Below are positions 52,842 to 64,000 of a stretch of DNA of 64,000 nucleotides, piece after piece. The translations under genes were made by a program, and so were the position numbers. Numbering within the stretch: the stretch's first letter is position 1; every line of letters starts with the position of its first letter. Source of the DNA: Octopus sinensis (Eukaryota); contig NC_043006.1 in NCBI RefSeq assembly GCF_006345805.1, positions 38,874,001 through 38,938,000 of the forward strand, given 5' to 3'. The notes under the pieces were generated by a model. That model worked only from the letters and a program-made list of their open reading frames with translations. It was not told the origin of the DNA and searched no databases.

Positions 52842-54884
52842 GTGTGTGTGTGTATATATATATGTGTGTGTGTATATATATATGTGTGTGTGTATATATA
52901 TATATATATATGCGTGTGTATATATATGCAAATACATTTGCAGACACATATTCGTACACACATACACACACACTCACATATATATACACACATACATATA
53001 CATATATGTACATTTATATGTTTTATATATGACCAACCAAACATTAAACCGCAATAAACAATAAAAATTAAAGCATAGATGACAAGAAGAAGAAGAAGAG
53101 AAGAAGATTACAGCATTAAAAATCCATCCTATTCTCCCATGACCAACACCATGAATGTCAAATAAAATTTTTGAAAAAACTAATTAAGCAGCAGAAATAT
53201 AAAAAAATATAAAAGAAAATTATAAAGAAATGAAACCGAAGATAGAAATATGATGAAAATGGCCAAAAAAATATTCCGATTAATAAATGAAATATGTGTT
53301 GTAACAACAAGTATTGCTAGAAGAACAATTTTAAGGATGAAATAATAAAATATAGAGGATAGCTTTGAGAAATTTAATTGAATCTTATAATTATGCCTTT
53401 TCTCAATAAATTTATTTATATCTTTGTGTTTATATTAGAGCTCTGTGTGTGTGTGTGTGTTGTGGTGTAGATTTGTGATTGTGTGTGGAATTGAGTGTTT
53501 CTGTGGGTTTGTGTATAGATGTGTATTTGTATGGATTTGTGTGGTCTGGTAAGAAGTTGACTTCGGAAGTACATGATTTCCAGTTCAATTCCACAGCATG
53601 GCACTTTGGACAAGTGTCTTCTGCTACTCTAGCCCCAGGACAATCAAAACCTTGCGAGTGGATCTTGTAAGCAGAAACTAAGCCTTTAATGTGCATATGT
53701 TTACACACACACAACACACACACACACACACACATATATACTTTCTTTTTTTTTATTCTTTTACATGTTTCAGTCATTTGACTGCAGCCATGCTGGAGCA
53801 CCGATTATAATTGAATGAATCAATCCCAGAATAAGTATTTATTCTGTCAGGTTCTTTTGCCAAACCGCTAAGTTACAGGGAGGTAAACATACCCAAATTG
53901 TTTATCAAGTGATGACGAAGAGGATAATGATGATGATGACAATGACATTGTTGATGATATTGATGATGACGATGACAATAATGATTATGTGTGTGTGTGT
54001 GTTTGGCTATATTTGAGCATTCTATTGAAAAGAATTAGTTTTGCAAAAGGTGCCATGTTGGCAAAACGTTAGCACTCCGGGTGAAATGCTTAGTGGTATT
54101 TCGTCTGCCACTATGTTCTGAGTTCAAATTCCACCGTGGCGACTTTGCCTTTCATCCTTTCGGGGTTGATTAAATAAGTGCCAGTTACACACTGGGGTCG
54201 ATGTAATCGAATTAATCCGTTTTTCTGTCCTTGTTTGTCCCCTCTGTGTGTAGCCCCTTGTGGGCAGTAAAGAAATAAGAATTAGTTTTGCATGTGTATT
54301 GATGTGTGTATGCACATGTACGTATGCATGCATCCATGTGTGTGTGCATGTGCGAGTGTGTGTGACTGTATGTGCATGCACGTGTTTGTGCATATATGTG
54401 AATATGTGTGTATGTGTGCATCTGTGTGTGGATGCATGCATATGTGTGTGAGAGACAATGTGTGTGCATGTGTTTGTGTGTATGTATGTGTGTGTGTACA
54501 TGCATGCGTGTGTGGATGCATGCATATGTGTGTGTGTATGGATGTGTGTATGTGTATGCCTTTTGTGTGTATGTCTTCCAATGCTTACATTTACATCATC
54601 TAAAATCAAATATCTCTTCTATGTCTTGTAACTGAGTAACTTGACAAACAGATATCAATAAAATAAGTAGGAGACTGACAGATAAATACATTCAAAAGAT
54701 CAAAACCAGCAGAAGAACAGAAGCAAAGAATATTTCAGTGCGTGACCAGTAATTATGTCTGGCCATTGAGAACAAAGAACTCCAAGGTAAACGAGATAAT
54801 ACACATTTAATCCATAGACATTAGTCAGACAAAATATAGTTTGTTAAACTAGTGATTATGGAGAAAATAATATTCTTTATAAGA

Positions 54885-55300
54885 TAGCGAGCAGGCAGAA
54901 ATGTTAGCACACTGGGCAAAATGCTTAGCGGTATTTCATTTGTCTTTACGCTCTGAGTTCAAATTCCGCCGAAGTCGACTTTGCCTTTCATCCTTTCAAA
55001 GTCGATAAATTAAGTACCAGTTGCATACTGGGGTCGATCTTATTGACTGGCCCTCTCCCCAAAAGATTTGAGGCCTTGTGCCTAGAGTAGAAAAGAATCG
55101 TTAGCATGGTGGGTGAAATGTTTAGTGGTATTTTGTCTGTCTTTACATTCTGAGTTCAAATTCTGCCAAGGACGACTTTGCCTTTCATCTTTTCGGAGTC
55201 GATAAATTAAGTACCAGTTGTGTACTGAGGTCGATCTAATTGACTGACCCCCTCCTCAAATATTTCAGGACTTGTTCCTCGTGTAGAAAAGGATATTCTT
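54885..55300 (+). mobile_element. Two tandem CORE-type SINE family B copies
   Basis: The second copy starts immediately after GAGTAGAAAAGAATC of the first. A mirror-image dimer lies at 56215-56595 (-). Confidence 0.8.
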
Positions 55301-58095
55301 TATTCTTTTAAAGATCAGTCCTCTTACATTTCTGCTAACTGGTATATTTCCTTGCAAAAGGATAAAAAACAAATAAATAAAAATAGACATTGGTTTGGCT
55401 ATGTGGTAAGAAGTTTGCTTCCCAATAACATGGTTCTAGGTTCAGTCCCACTGTGCAGAATTTCAGGCAAGTGTTCTTTATTATAGATGATTTGGGCTGA
55501 CCAAAGCCTTGTGAGTGAATTTGGTAGATAGAAACTGAAAGAAGCCTTTTGCACACACATACATACTTACATACAAAGTGGCTGAGTTTCTTTTGAGTGT
55601 TGGGCCTCACAGAGGCAATGTCCGAGACCTTTGGCATTGTGTTGTGCTTGAAAAAAGGCCCATCAAGCGAAGAAAATTCGCAGTTGTAGCAGATACTGGT
55701 GTAACACAAATGGCACCCATGCTGGTGGCACTTAAAAGCACCCATTACACCCTCAGAGTGGTTGGCATTAGGAAGGATATATAGCCATAGAAAACCATGC
55801 CAAATCAGACTGGAGTCTGGTGCAGCCTTTCAGCTCACCAGCCCTAGTCAAGCCAGCCAACCCATGGACAATGGACATTAAATGATGTTTATGATGTTAC
55901 ATATATACAAACATACATATATATATGTAAGTATGTATGCATGCATGTATGTGTTTTTGTGTGTGTCTTTGTGTTTGTTCCCCATCACTACTTGAAAACA
56001 GGTATTGGTGTGTTTACATCCCAGTAACCTAGTGGTTCAGCAAAAGAGACTAATAGAATGAGTACCAGGCTTCAAAAAAGTATAAGGAACATGGTAGATT
56101 CATTTGATTAAACTTTTCCAAAATGGTGCCCCAGCATGGTCACACTCTATTCGGCACACATACTGAAGAACTTCAAATGAGAGTTTGTTCTGGGAATGCA
56201 AAGAGCTTGAATAAATAATCCTTTCTACTATAGACACAAGGCCCGAAATTTGTGGAGCGGGAGCCAGTCGACTGGTACTTAATTTATCAACCCCGAAAGG
56301 ATGAAATTCTAAGTTGACCTTGGCGGAATTTGAACTCAGAACATAGCGTCGGACAAAATACCTCTAGGCATTTTGCCCTAATCCTTTCTACTATAGGTAC
56401 CAGGCCTGAAATTTTTGGGGAAGAGGCCAGTCGATTCGATTGACCCCAGAATGCAACTGGTACTTAATTTATTGACTCCGAAAGGATGAAAGGCAAAGTC
56501 AACCTTGGTAGAATTTGAACTCAGAATCTAGTGACGTGTGAAATACTGCTAAGCACTTCATTCAGTGTGCTAACATTTCTGCCAGCTCACCACTCTCCCA
56601 TCTAACCCTAATAGTTGCACCCATTCGCCACTCTGCAATGGTACTTTATCTACCAACTCTGAAAGAGGAAAATAAATTGTAACTGAGTTTCATAATTCAT
56701 TAATAAATTAATTAATCAATCATCAGACAATTTATGTTTCCGAAAACAATTGAGAATTAAATTTTCTTAGGGTATCCAGTTTCTCTTGCATGTTGCAGTA
56801 AATATCCAATGCACAACTTGTGACACTTGCATAAGAATTGGTTGCTTTTAATTATTGGGGAATTTAAAAACTGAAACAGATTGAAATGACATGATAAGCA
56901 GCAGTCTTTAATGTTCTGAGTTCAAATTCCACCGAAGTTGACTTTATCTTTCATCCTTTCAGGGGTGGGTAGAATAAGTACCTGCAGAGCACAATATGAT
57001 AAACTTAGACCTTTCCTGAACTTGGTGACCATGTGCCAAAATTTAAAACCAATTTTGAAGTTAAAGAAAGAAAAAGAAAATGACAAGAAATAAGGAAAGA
57101 GAGACAGGAATTAAAAAGAAAGAGTAGGGTGAATATGAGTGAAAATGAGAGAATTGAAATATCAAAGAATAAAAGCTAAAGAATAAATCAAGATGGTGAA
57201 TAGAACAGATGTGGAAAAAAAGAGTTCTGTAATAAATGATATGCGCTCAGAATCACACACACATACGAGCATGTCTATGCAATGCATTAATACGGCTAAT
57301 AATTAAACATTGTTGATGGAGAATTCGAGGATATCAATGCCAAAGGAAAAACAAATACTCAGTTATATGAAAAAGTGAAAGGCAAATGGGAAAAGTAAGT
57401 CGAAGCTATTTAGCCAGGTGATGGTAATAGATTCCAATTTTTTAGTACATATTTATCAAGGCGGCAGCAATTTGTGAAAATTTCAGATCTTCCATTTAGA
57501 TAGAATTAAGGAGGTTTTAAGAATGAAGATTTTTCTCTGCTTTACATAAATAACATCTTTTTTACTCTTCTTAAAAGGATCTTCCACTTCATATTAATAT
57601 CAGTTCTTTCAAATGCGAGATTTAATTGGATAATAATTTTTAGTAAACCATAGATATCACATAAAATGCACTTATTTTTTCATAAAAACTGCCTCAAAAT
57701 CCCTCCCAGGTCTTATATGCAAAGTTGGGACTATATTACATGTTTTAATGTGATAATAATTTTATTTTTCTGAATATGTGCTGCTGAAATTGTGATGCAT
57801 TTAATATGCCTGCGTATTTTTTACACCATCAAATAAGGAGTGCATGAGCATATATTTGTGCGTGTGTGTGTCTGTGCATGTGTAAATATATATATGTGTG
57901 TGTGTATGTTTGAGTGTGTATGTGTGTGTGTGTGTATAAATGGATAAATATATATATATATATGTATATATACATACATATATGTATGTGTATATATATA
58001 TATATATGTATATATATATGCGTGAGTATAAATGTATAAATATATACAAATATGTATGTATATACATACATATATGTATGTGGTATGTATGTACG

Positions 58096-58142
<47 letters not shown>

Positions 58143-58474
58143 ACGTATGTTTGGTTGTTCAAAAGCTACTTGACAGAACCCAAAACATTATGCAAAACTA
58201 GTTGCACTTTATAACAGGGAAAGCATTGCATAACATGTCAGTCACATTGGGATAGGCCCTGGCAATCTCCCAAAATTTGAATGGGCATGAAGCAGTTACA
58301 TTTCGAAAGGAATTAATGAAAGCTTTTAAGGAATTCAAACCTCTGAACAAACCATCCAAACCAATCTATCTTATACTCAATGTTTTAAACATAAGAAAAC
58401 GCTATCTCCTGAGAAAATCTATTGAACCGCTATATAAACAAATCTTCTATCCACCTACATGTATGTGCATGTGC

Positions 58475-58517
<43 letters not shown>

Positions 58518-58773
58518 CGAGTATGTATGTATATATAGTTATTGATGAACTGAGGTGTGTTTGAAAATGTTAATGTTTTTATTGAAAGCCACAAAAGTAC
58601 TCAATCAATGCCGAGGTGGGGGAAGCATCAGAAGCAGGATGTATGTATTTGTGCGGCAAGCAGAATTACAAAAACCCAGAAGTAAAATTTTCATGCAGCA
58701 ATCCTTAGAGGTGAATGACTGCACTCGTGCTTGTTGATAAGATTATATATATATATGTATGCGTGTGTGCATG

Positions 58774-58810
<37 letters not shown>

Positions 58811-58837
58811 ACATGTGTGTGTGTGTGCGTGTATGTA

Positions 58838-58868
<31 letters not shown>

Positions 58869-58954
58869 ATACATACACATGTACCTACATATATATATAT
58901 ATTTGTATACATAAATTCACACACATATTTAGCTATGTACATATATATACATAC

Positions 58955-58999
<45 letters not shown>

Positions 59000-59164
59000 C
59001 ATAAATTCACGCACATATTTAGCTATGTACATATATATACATACATATATATATACATATATATATACATATATATATATATTATATATATATATATACA
59101 TACACATGTACCTACATATATATACTTATATACATAAATTCACACACATATTTAGCTATGTACA

Positions 59165-59207
<43 letters not shown>

Positions 59208-60164
59208 CATGTTTGTATGTATGTGTTCAAGTGCTTGCATGTGTGCACATGTGTGTATAAGGGAGTGAAAGAGATAGACAGACAGATAGTGAGAGAGAGA
59301 GAGAATCTTCGCAAATTGCTTCATATATATATATATATATATGAAAGATTGCATCGACAAACATCTAAATTCACTTTGTCAGAAGAGACAACACAAACAT
59401 TTCATGCTTTACAATGAAAGATGACAGAAGACGGTTGTTGTAGAGGACATTAAAGTGAAACTTCAGCGATTGAAGCTAAGTGGACACATTAAAGTTATCT
59501 AAAGACTTTACTGCTGAATCTAGCAACTCAATTTGTTGTGGCAGTTTCCTCATTGTCATAATATCATTACGAACTTTTCTTCACTTTATCTCTGTTTCTT
59601 TTCTGTAGAAACTGCTAAGAAGCTTTTAACCTTTTTTTATTTGATTGAGTGTAAATACTGGGGGTTTAGGATTCTGCTAAATGAGTAGCTGAAGAGAACT
59701 ACTGTTTCACAATTTGATTTGATTTGATTCAGAACTGCAGTTGAGTGACTGGGCAAGTGGAGTCTGCAGATATTGATTAAGTTTAGACAGCCTGTGGCTA
59801 TTGACTTGTACAAGCAGAGTCTGTCGCTGTTGAGTGGACACATAATAATCGATGGATGGTGACTGGACGCATGCTGTGTGTAGGAGCTGACTGCTCAGAC
59901 ACAATGTGTAGATGTTGACAGGCAACATACAGTGAGTATATACTGATTCTATACATACAGGGTATAGATGTTGATTGCTTAGATACAGGGTGTAGATGCT
60001 CACTAGACACAGGCAGTGAGTAAATGTTAATTAGAAAAAAAAAAAAAAGGCGCAGGAGTGACTGTGTGGTAAGTAGCTTGCTTACGAACCACATGGTCCT
60101 GGGTTCAGTCACACTGCGTGGTACCTTAGTAGACAGAAACTGGAAGAAGCCTGTCGTATACGAA

Positions 60165-60258
<94 letters not shown>

Positions 60259-60288
60259 ATATATATGTGTGTGTGTGGTGTGTGTGTG

Positions 60289-60590
60289 TGGAGGTGCAAT
60301 GGCCCAGTGGTTAGGGCAGCGGACTCGCGTGTGTAGGATGCGGTTTCGTTTCCTAGACCGGGTGTTGTGAGTGTTTATTGAGCGAAAACACCTAAAGCTC
60401 CACGAGGCTCTGGCACGGGATGGTGGTGGTCCCAGCTGTACTCTTTCACTACAACTTTCTCTCACTCTTTCTTCTGTTGGCCTGCTTGCCTAGCCAGCGG
60501 GGTGGCATCATTTGAAGGCTAAAACAATGCGAAGAGCATTGTGACCAGCAATGTTCAGCAACCTGTGATAGCCGGGTCGGTCACGGTGAT
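60289..60590 (+). mobile_element. tRNA-derived SINE family D
   Basis: Homologous to 20437-20725; A box TGGCCCAGTGG and a B-box-like GGTTTCGTTTCC. Confidence 0.8.
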
Positions 60591-61464
60591 ATATATATAT
60601 AAAATGTACTGTATTTTTACATGAATAATATATAGTCTATTGACTAATTTTTCCTTCTCGCTAGGCCACTGGTAGCAAAGAATTTTTCTAAAATTTTTTT
60701 GCTATCCTAAGATTTATTAATATGTGTGTGTGTGTGTGTGTATGTACATATGTGTATATGTTTGTGTCTGTGTTTGTCCCCCCACTCAACATCGCTTGAC
60801 AACCAATGCTGGTGTGTTTATGTCCCCCGTAACTTAGCAGTTCAGCAAAAGAGGCCTATAGAGTAAGTACTAGGCTTGCAAAGAATAAGTCAATTTGCTC
60901 AACCAAAGGCGGTGCTCCAGCATGGCCGCAGTCAAATAACTGAAACAAGTAAAAGAATAGATGCTGACTGTATAGATATGAGGTGTAGATGCTGACTGCA
61001 TAGACATAGAGTGTGTGGATGTTAACTAGACACAACAGACGTTGATTGGACAGAATATACACAGTAGGTAGATAATTGAATGGACAGATTGTGAACAGTT
61101 TGAATGGATGGATACACTTCAATGTACAGCTGTCAGTTTGTTCTCCACTCAAAAGGTTTAAGTGTCAATTAATAGCAAACAAAATGGATACAGTTTCTAC
61201 TTAATAGCCTCAATCCCATGGGAAAGAAACCCAACTTAAAGTCTGACTTCCTGTATTAGATTGTTATTTTCAAGCCTTCTCTGTTTGTATCTGTATGTGT
61301 ATGCATGCTTTTTCTTTTCTTTTCTCCTTTAATTTAGAGTTAATTACAACTGGCCACCTGTTTGGTAGCAAGGTTCTGGAAAGAAAGCATCTTTTGTTCA
61401 TCTTATGAAGGTCTTGCAGAGTTTTATGGAACCACAGATCATGGTCATTTGTAGTATTCTTCTA

Positions 61465-61858
61465 TTCTTTTACTTGTTTCAGTCATTTGACTCTGGCCAC
61501 GCTGGAACACCACCTTTAGTGAAACAAATCGACCCGAGGACTTATTCTTTGTGAGCCTAGTACTTATTCTATCAGACTCTCTTTTGACAAACTGCTAAGT
61601 TACAGGGACGTAAACACACCATCATTGGTTGTCAAGCAATGATGGGGGGGACAAACACAGACTCACAAATACATGCTTACATACATACATATATATATAT
61701 ATATATGACAGGCTTCTTTCAGTTTCCCTCTACCAAATCAACTCACAACGCTTTGGTTGGCCCGAGGCTATAGAAGACACTTGCCCAAGGTGCTACGTAG
61801 TGGGACTGAACCCGGAACCATGAGGTTGGTAAGCAAGCTACTTACCACACTGCCACTC
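61465..61858 (-). mobile_element. SINE family A, full length
   Basis: Head-to-tail homology with the other family A copies. Confidence 0.85.
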
Positions 61859-62199
61859 TCCTTGAAGTGGAGGGGCATGACTTAGTGGTTAGGATATTGG
61901 GCTCATGATTATAAGACTGTGATTTCAAATCCTGGACCAGGTGATGCATTGTGTTCTTGAGCAAAACACTTCACCTCACTTTGCTACAGTCCGCTCAGCT
62001 GGTAAAAATAAGTAATCCTCTAACAGACTGGTATCCCCTGCAGGAAGGAATATATAGGCCAGAGAGACAGGGAAACGACCCCGATGCTCCTTACAGAATA
62101 ATGTGGACACCCCATTCTCTCTCAAAGAACTCAAATTCAGACATATTTTGTACCAAGCAGGTTGGTACACATCATGTTGTTCCAATAATGATAATTATG

Positions 62200-62460
62200 G
62201 AACTGAAAACGTGTCTTGGGCACTGAATGAGTTTGCAAATTCTTTATCAATGGTCTACACACGTTTTTTTTTCCTGTATTTTTATGACCATACTGGTGTC
62301 CAGAGAGCAGCTGTTTTCAATGAGAGAGCATTCTTTTTAAATGTATTGTATGTGGTTTCACACAACAAATTTCTGGCTGATGGTGTTTTAATTTGGTGGA
62401 TGTTTCAAATTTTAAGTTCCACTAATATACTTTCAACTCATTGGTCTCCAGAGAGTCAAC
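62200..62460 (-). pseudogene. Possible RTE-clade LINE RT C-terminal fragment
   Basis: Minus: LKTAALWTPVWS*KYRKKKRV*TIDKEF, resembling the RTE motif K.AL.W.P.G.RKRGRP..TW.RT..KE; it contains stops. Confidence 0.35.
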
Positions 62461-62713
62461 TGTATGCATGTATGTATGTATGTATGTCATTATTCAATTT
62501 TATTTCAAGATTTCTTGCCAATAGAGAAAGAGCCGGTTTCTAACCTAGATCCAAGGCTCCTTCATTGGAATTTAAACATCAACAACAGGGTATTTTTGTT
62601 TGTATGTATGTATATGTGCAGATTTGTATGTATATATGTGCAGATTTGTATGTTTTGCTTTATGTATGTATTCTCATGCATATAGTTGCATGTCTAGACA
62701 TGCAAATATATAT

Positions 62714-62998
62714 TTAAATGATAAACTTCTGGAAAGTTTTACAGATTTCCACAGTTCTAGTGATGGATTGGATCCGTAGTCTTCGAATCAGCTTTATCCT
62801 TTCTAGTCTTGAGAAGCCTAATTTCTCAAGATTGGTATTTAGGCAGTGTGTTACATATCCTAGGGCCCCAATAATTACAGGTATAAATCTGAACTTGTAA
62901 TCTGGATAGAGTAACTGCAGATTCCTCAATAGTTTAGCATAGGTATTCTCTTTTTCAATAATATTCAGCTAATTTCCACAATTGTGCAGTTTCTCTTC
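62714..62998 (-). pseudogene. R4/Dong-like (REL endonuclease) non-LTR retrotransposon 3' fragment
   Basis: Minus: EKRNCTIVEIS (then a deletion) IIEKENTYAKLLRNLQLLYPDYKFRFIPVIIGALGYVTHCLNTNLEKLGF..IRRLRIQSITRTVEICKTF. This fits the REL C-terminus K..KY..L...L..L....V..IPVIIGALG. Confidence 0.8.
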
Positions 62999-63335
62999 TC
63001 TGTCTGTGTGTCTGTCAGTCTGAATGTATGTATATATGTAGGTAGGTAGGTAGGTAGGTACATAGCTATATGTGCCAATTAACTGAGAGTTTAATTAGAA
63101 ACGGTGATGTAGTAATTAATAGTATTTATTTGCTATCAATGCATATTTTAGGTTGGATTATACTAATTAGCAATAAATTATTGCATTAGACTGACCAGAT
63201 TACTGACATAAATTTCAATCATTGCACACTTGAATGGTTCCCAAGTTTATGAACCATGACTCTTGTCTGTATATAATATATTTCCCTTGGTGTAGGTGAG
63301 TGTGGAAAATATGGGTAATGAGCATTTTTCTAAAT

Positions 63336-63684
63336 CAATGGTACTTAACTGGGGTCAGTATGACCCCCCCCCCACTGGGGGTCCATATAAAACTTTTGGG
63401 AGTTCATGCCAGCAAGATAGTAAATTAGGCCCCTACAATAGTATTTTAAGGGTCCATGAAGAAAATTTTGCCTTAGTCTATTTATGGCAAGAAATAGCTA
63501 GGTTTCTTTGTCTAACGTTATCCATAGTTCAACCTATACAAGTTAATGGGTGAAAAGCAAAAGAAGAATTTTGGAAGAAGTGTCCATAAAATGAGTTTTT
63601 AAATATTGAATGACTGTTAGGGGTCCACCAGATTGAAATAGTCAACAAAGGGGTTCATAGGCAGAATATGGTTGAAAGTTACTG
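63336..63684 (+). mobile_element. hAT/Charlie-like MITE
   Basis: Ends CAATGGTACTTAAC / GTTGAAAGTTACTG, with degenerate 8 bp flanks TTCTAAAT / TTGTAGAT. Confidence 0.65.
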
Positions 63685-64000
63685 TTGTAGATCTATTATG
63701 GCAGTCTTAGTGACACTGAGACCTTTTAAATAGTAGGGTTAGGAGGTCCTCCTAGTTTAATACTACTGTGTGATCCTTGGGTCCCTTCTGCAAGGTTTAC
63801 TCTGTTATAGTTGCAAAACCACCATCATCATCGTCACCACCACCAGCATCATCATCATCAACTCCACCAGCATCATCTAAACCACCAGTACTGGGGTTGA
63901 TCTATTTGACTAAAGATATTTGAAGGCAGTGCCCCAGCATGGCCACAATCTAATGGCTGAATCAATTAAAAGAATAAGAGAACAAAAGAATAAAAGAATG

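Noticed and set aside
57305-57400. Open frame IVDGEFEDINAKGKTNTQLYEKVKGKWE ending in a GTAAGT donor
   Set aside because: There is an in-frame stop just upstream and no credible acceptor.
58160-58450. LINE-RT-like phrase LLDRTQN..LHFITG
   Set aside because: It has in-frame stops and too little similarity to assign a family.

Overview
AT-rich metazoan genomic DNA saturated with microsatellites and SINEs. The SINE families and the (TA)/(CA)/(AAT)/(GAT) load look like Octopus (coleoid cephalopod); this is recognition by eye, not a database result. I found no host protein-coding exon I can support: nearly all long ORFs in the track are translations of simple repeats. The window is probably intronic or intergenic. 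It contains dozens of copies of at least four tRNA-derived SINE families and RTE-type 3' tails. It also has MITEs (piggyBac-like TTAA, hAT/Charlie-like, mariner-like), a DD37D (maT) transposase fragment with an internal inversion, an R4-like REL-endonuclease LINE fragment and a Penelope GIY-YIG endonuclease remnant. The most notable signal is a set of at least five sequence-unrelated small repeats carrying minimal type I hammerhead-ribozyme (HHR) motifs. Three of them are head-to-head palindromes with outward-pointing HHRs. One has back-to-back tRNA-like Pol III promoters at its centre (119-660), and one has a compensated U3-A8 core in both arms (30771-31165). Together these suggest a family of non-autonomous, Penelope-dependent, retrozyme-like elements. 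Most copies here are mutated, so ribozyme activity is an inference. SINE, MITE and simple-repeat boundaries are approximate, and only representative copies are listed.
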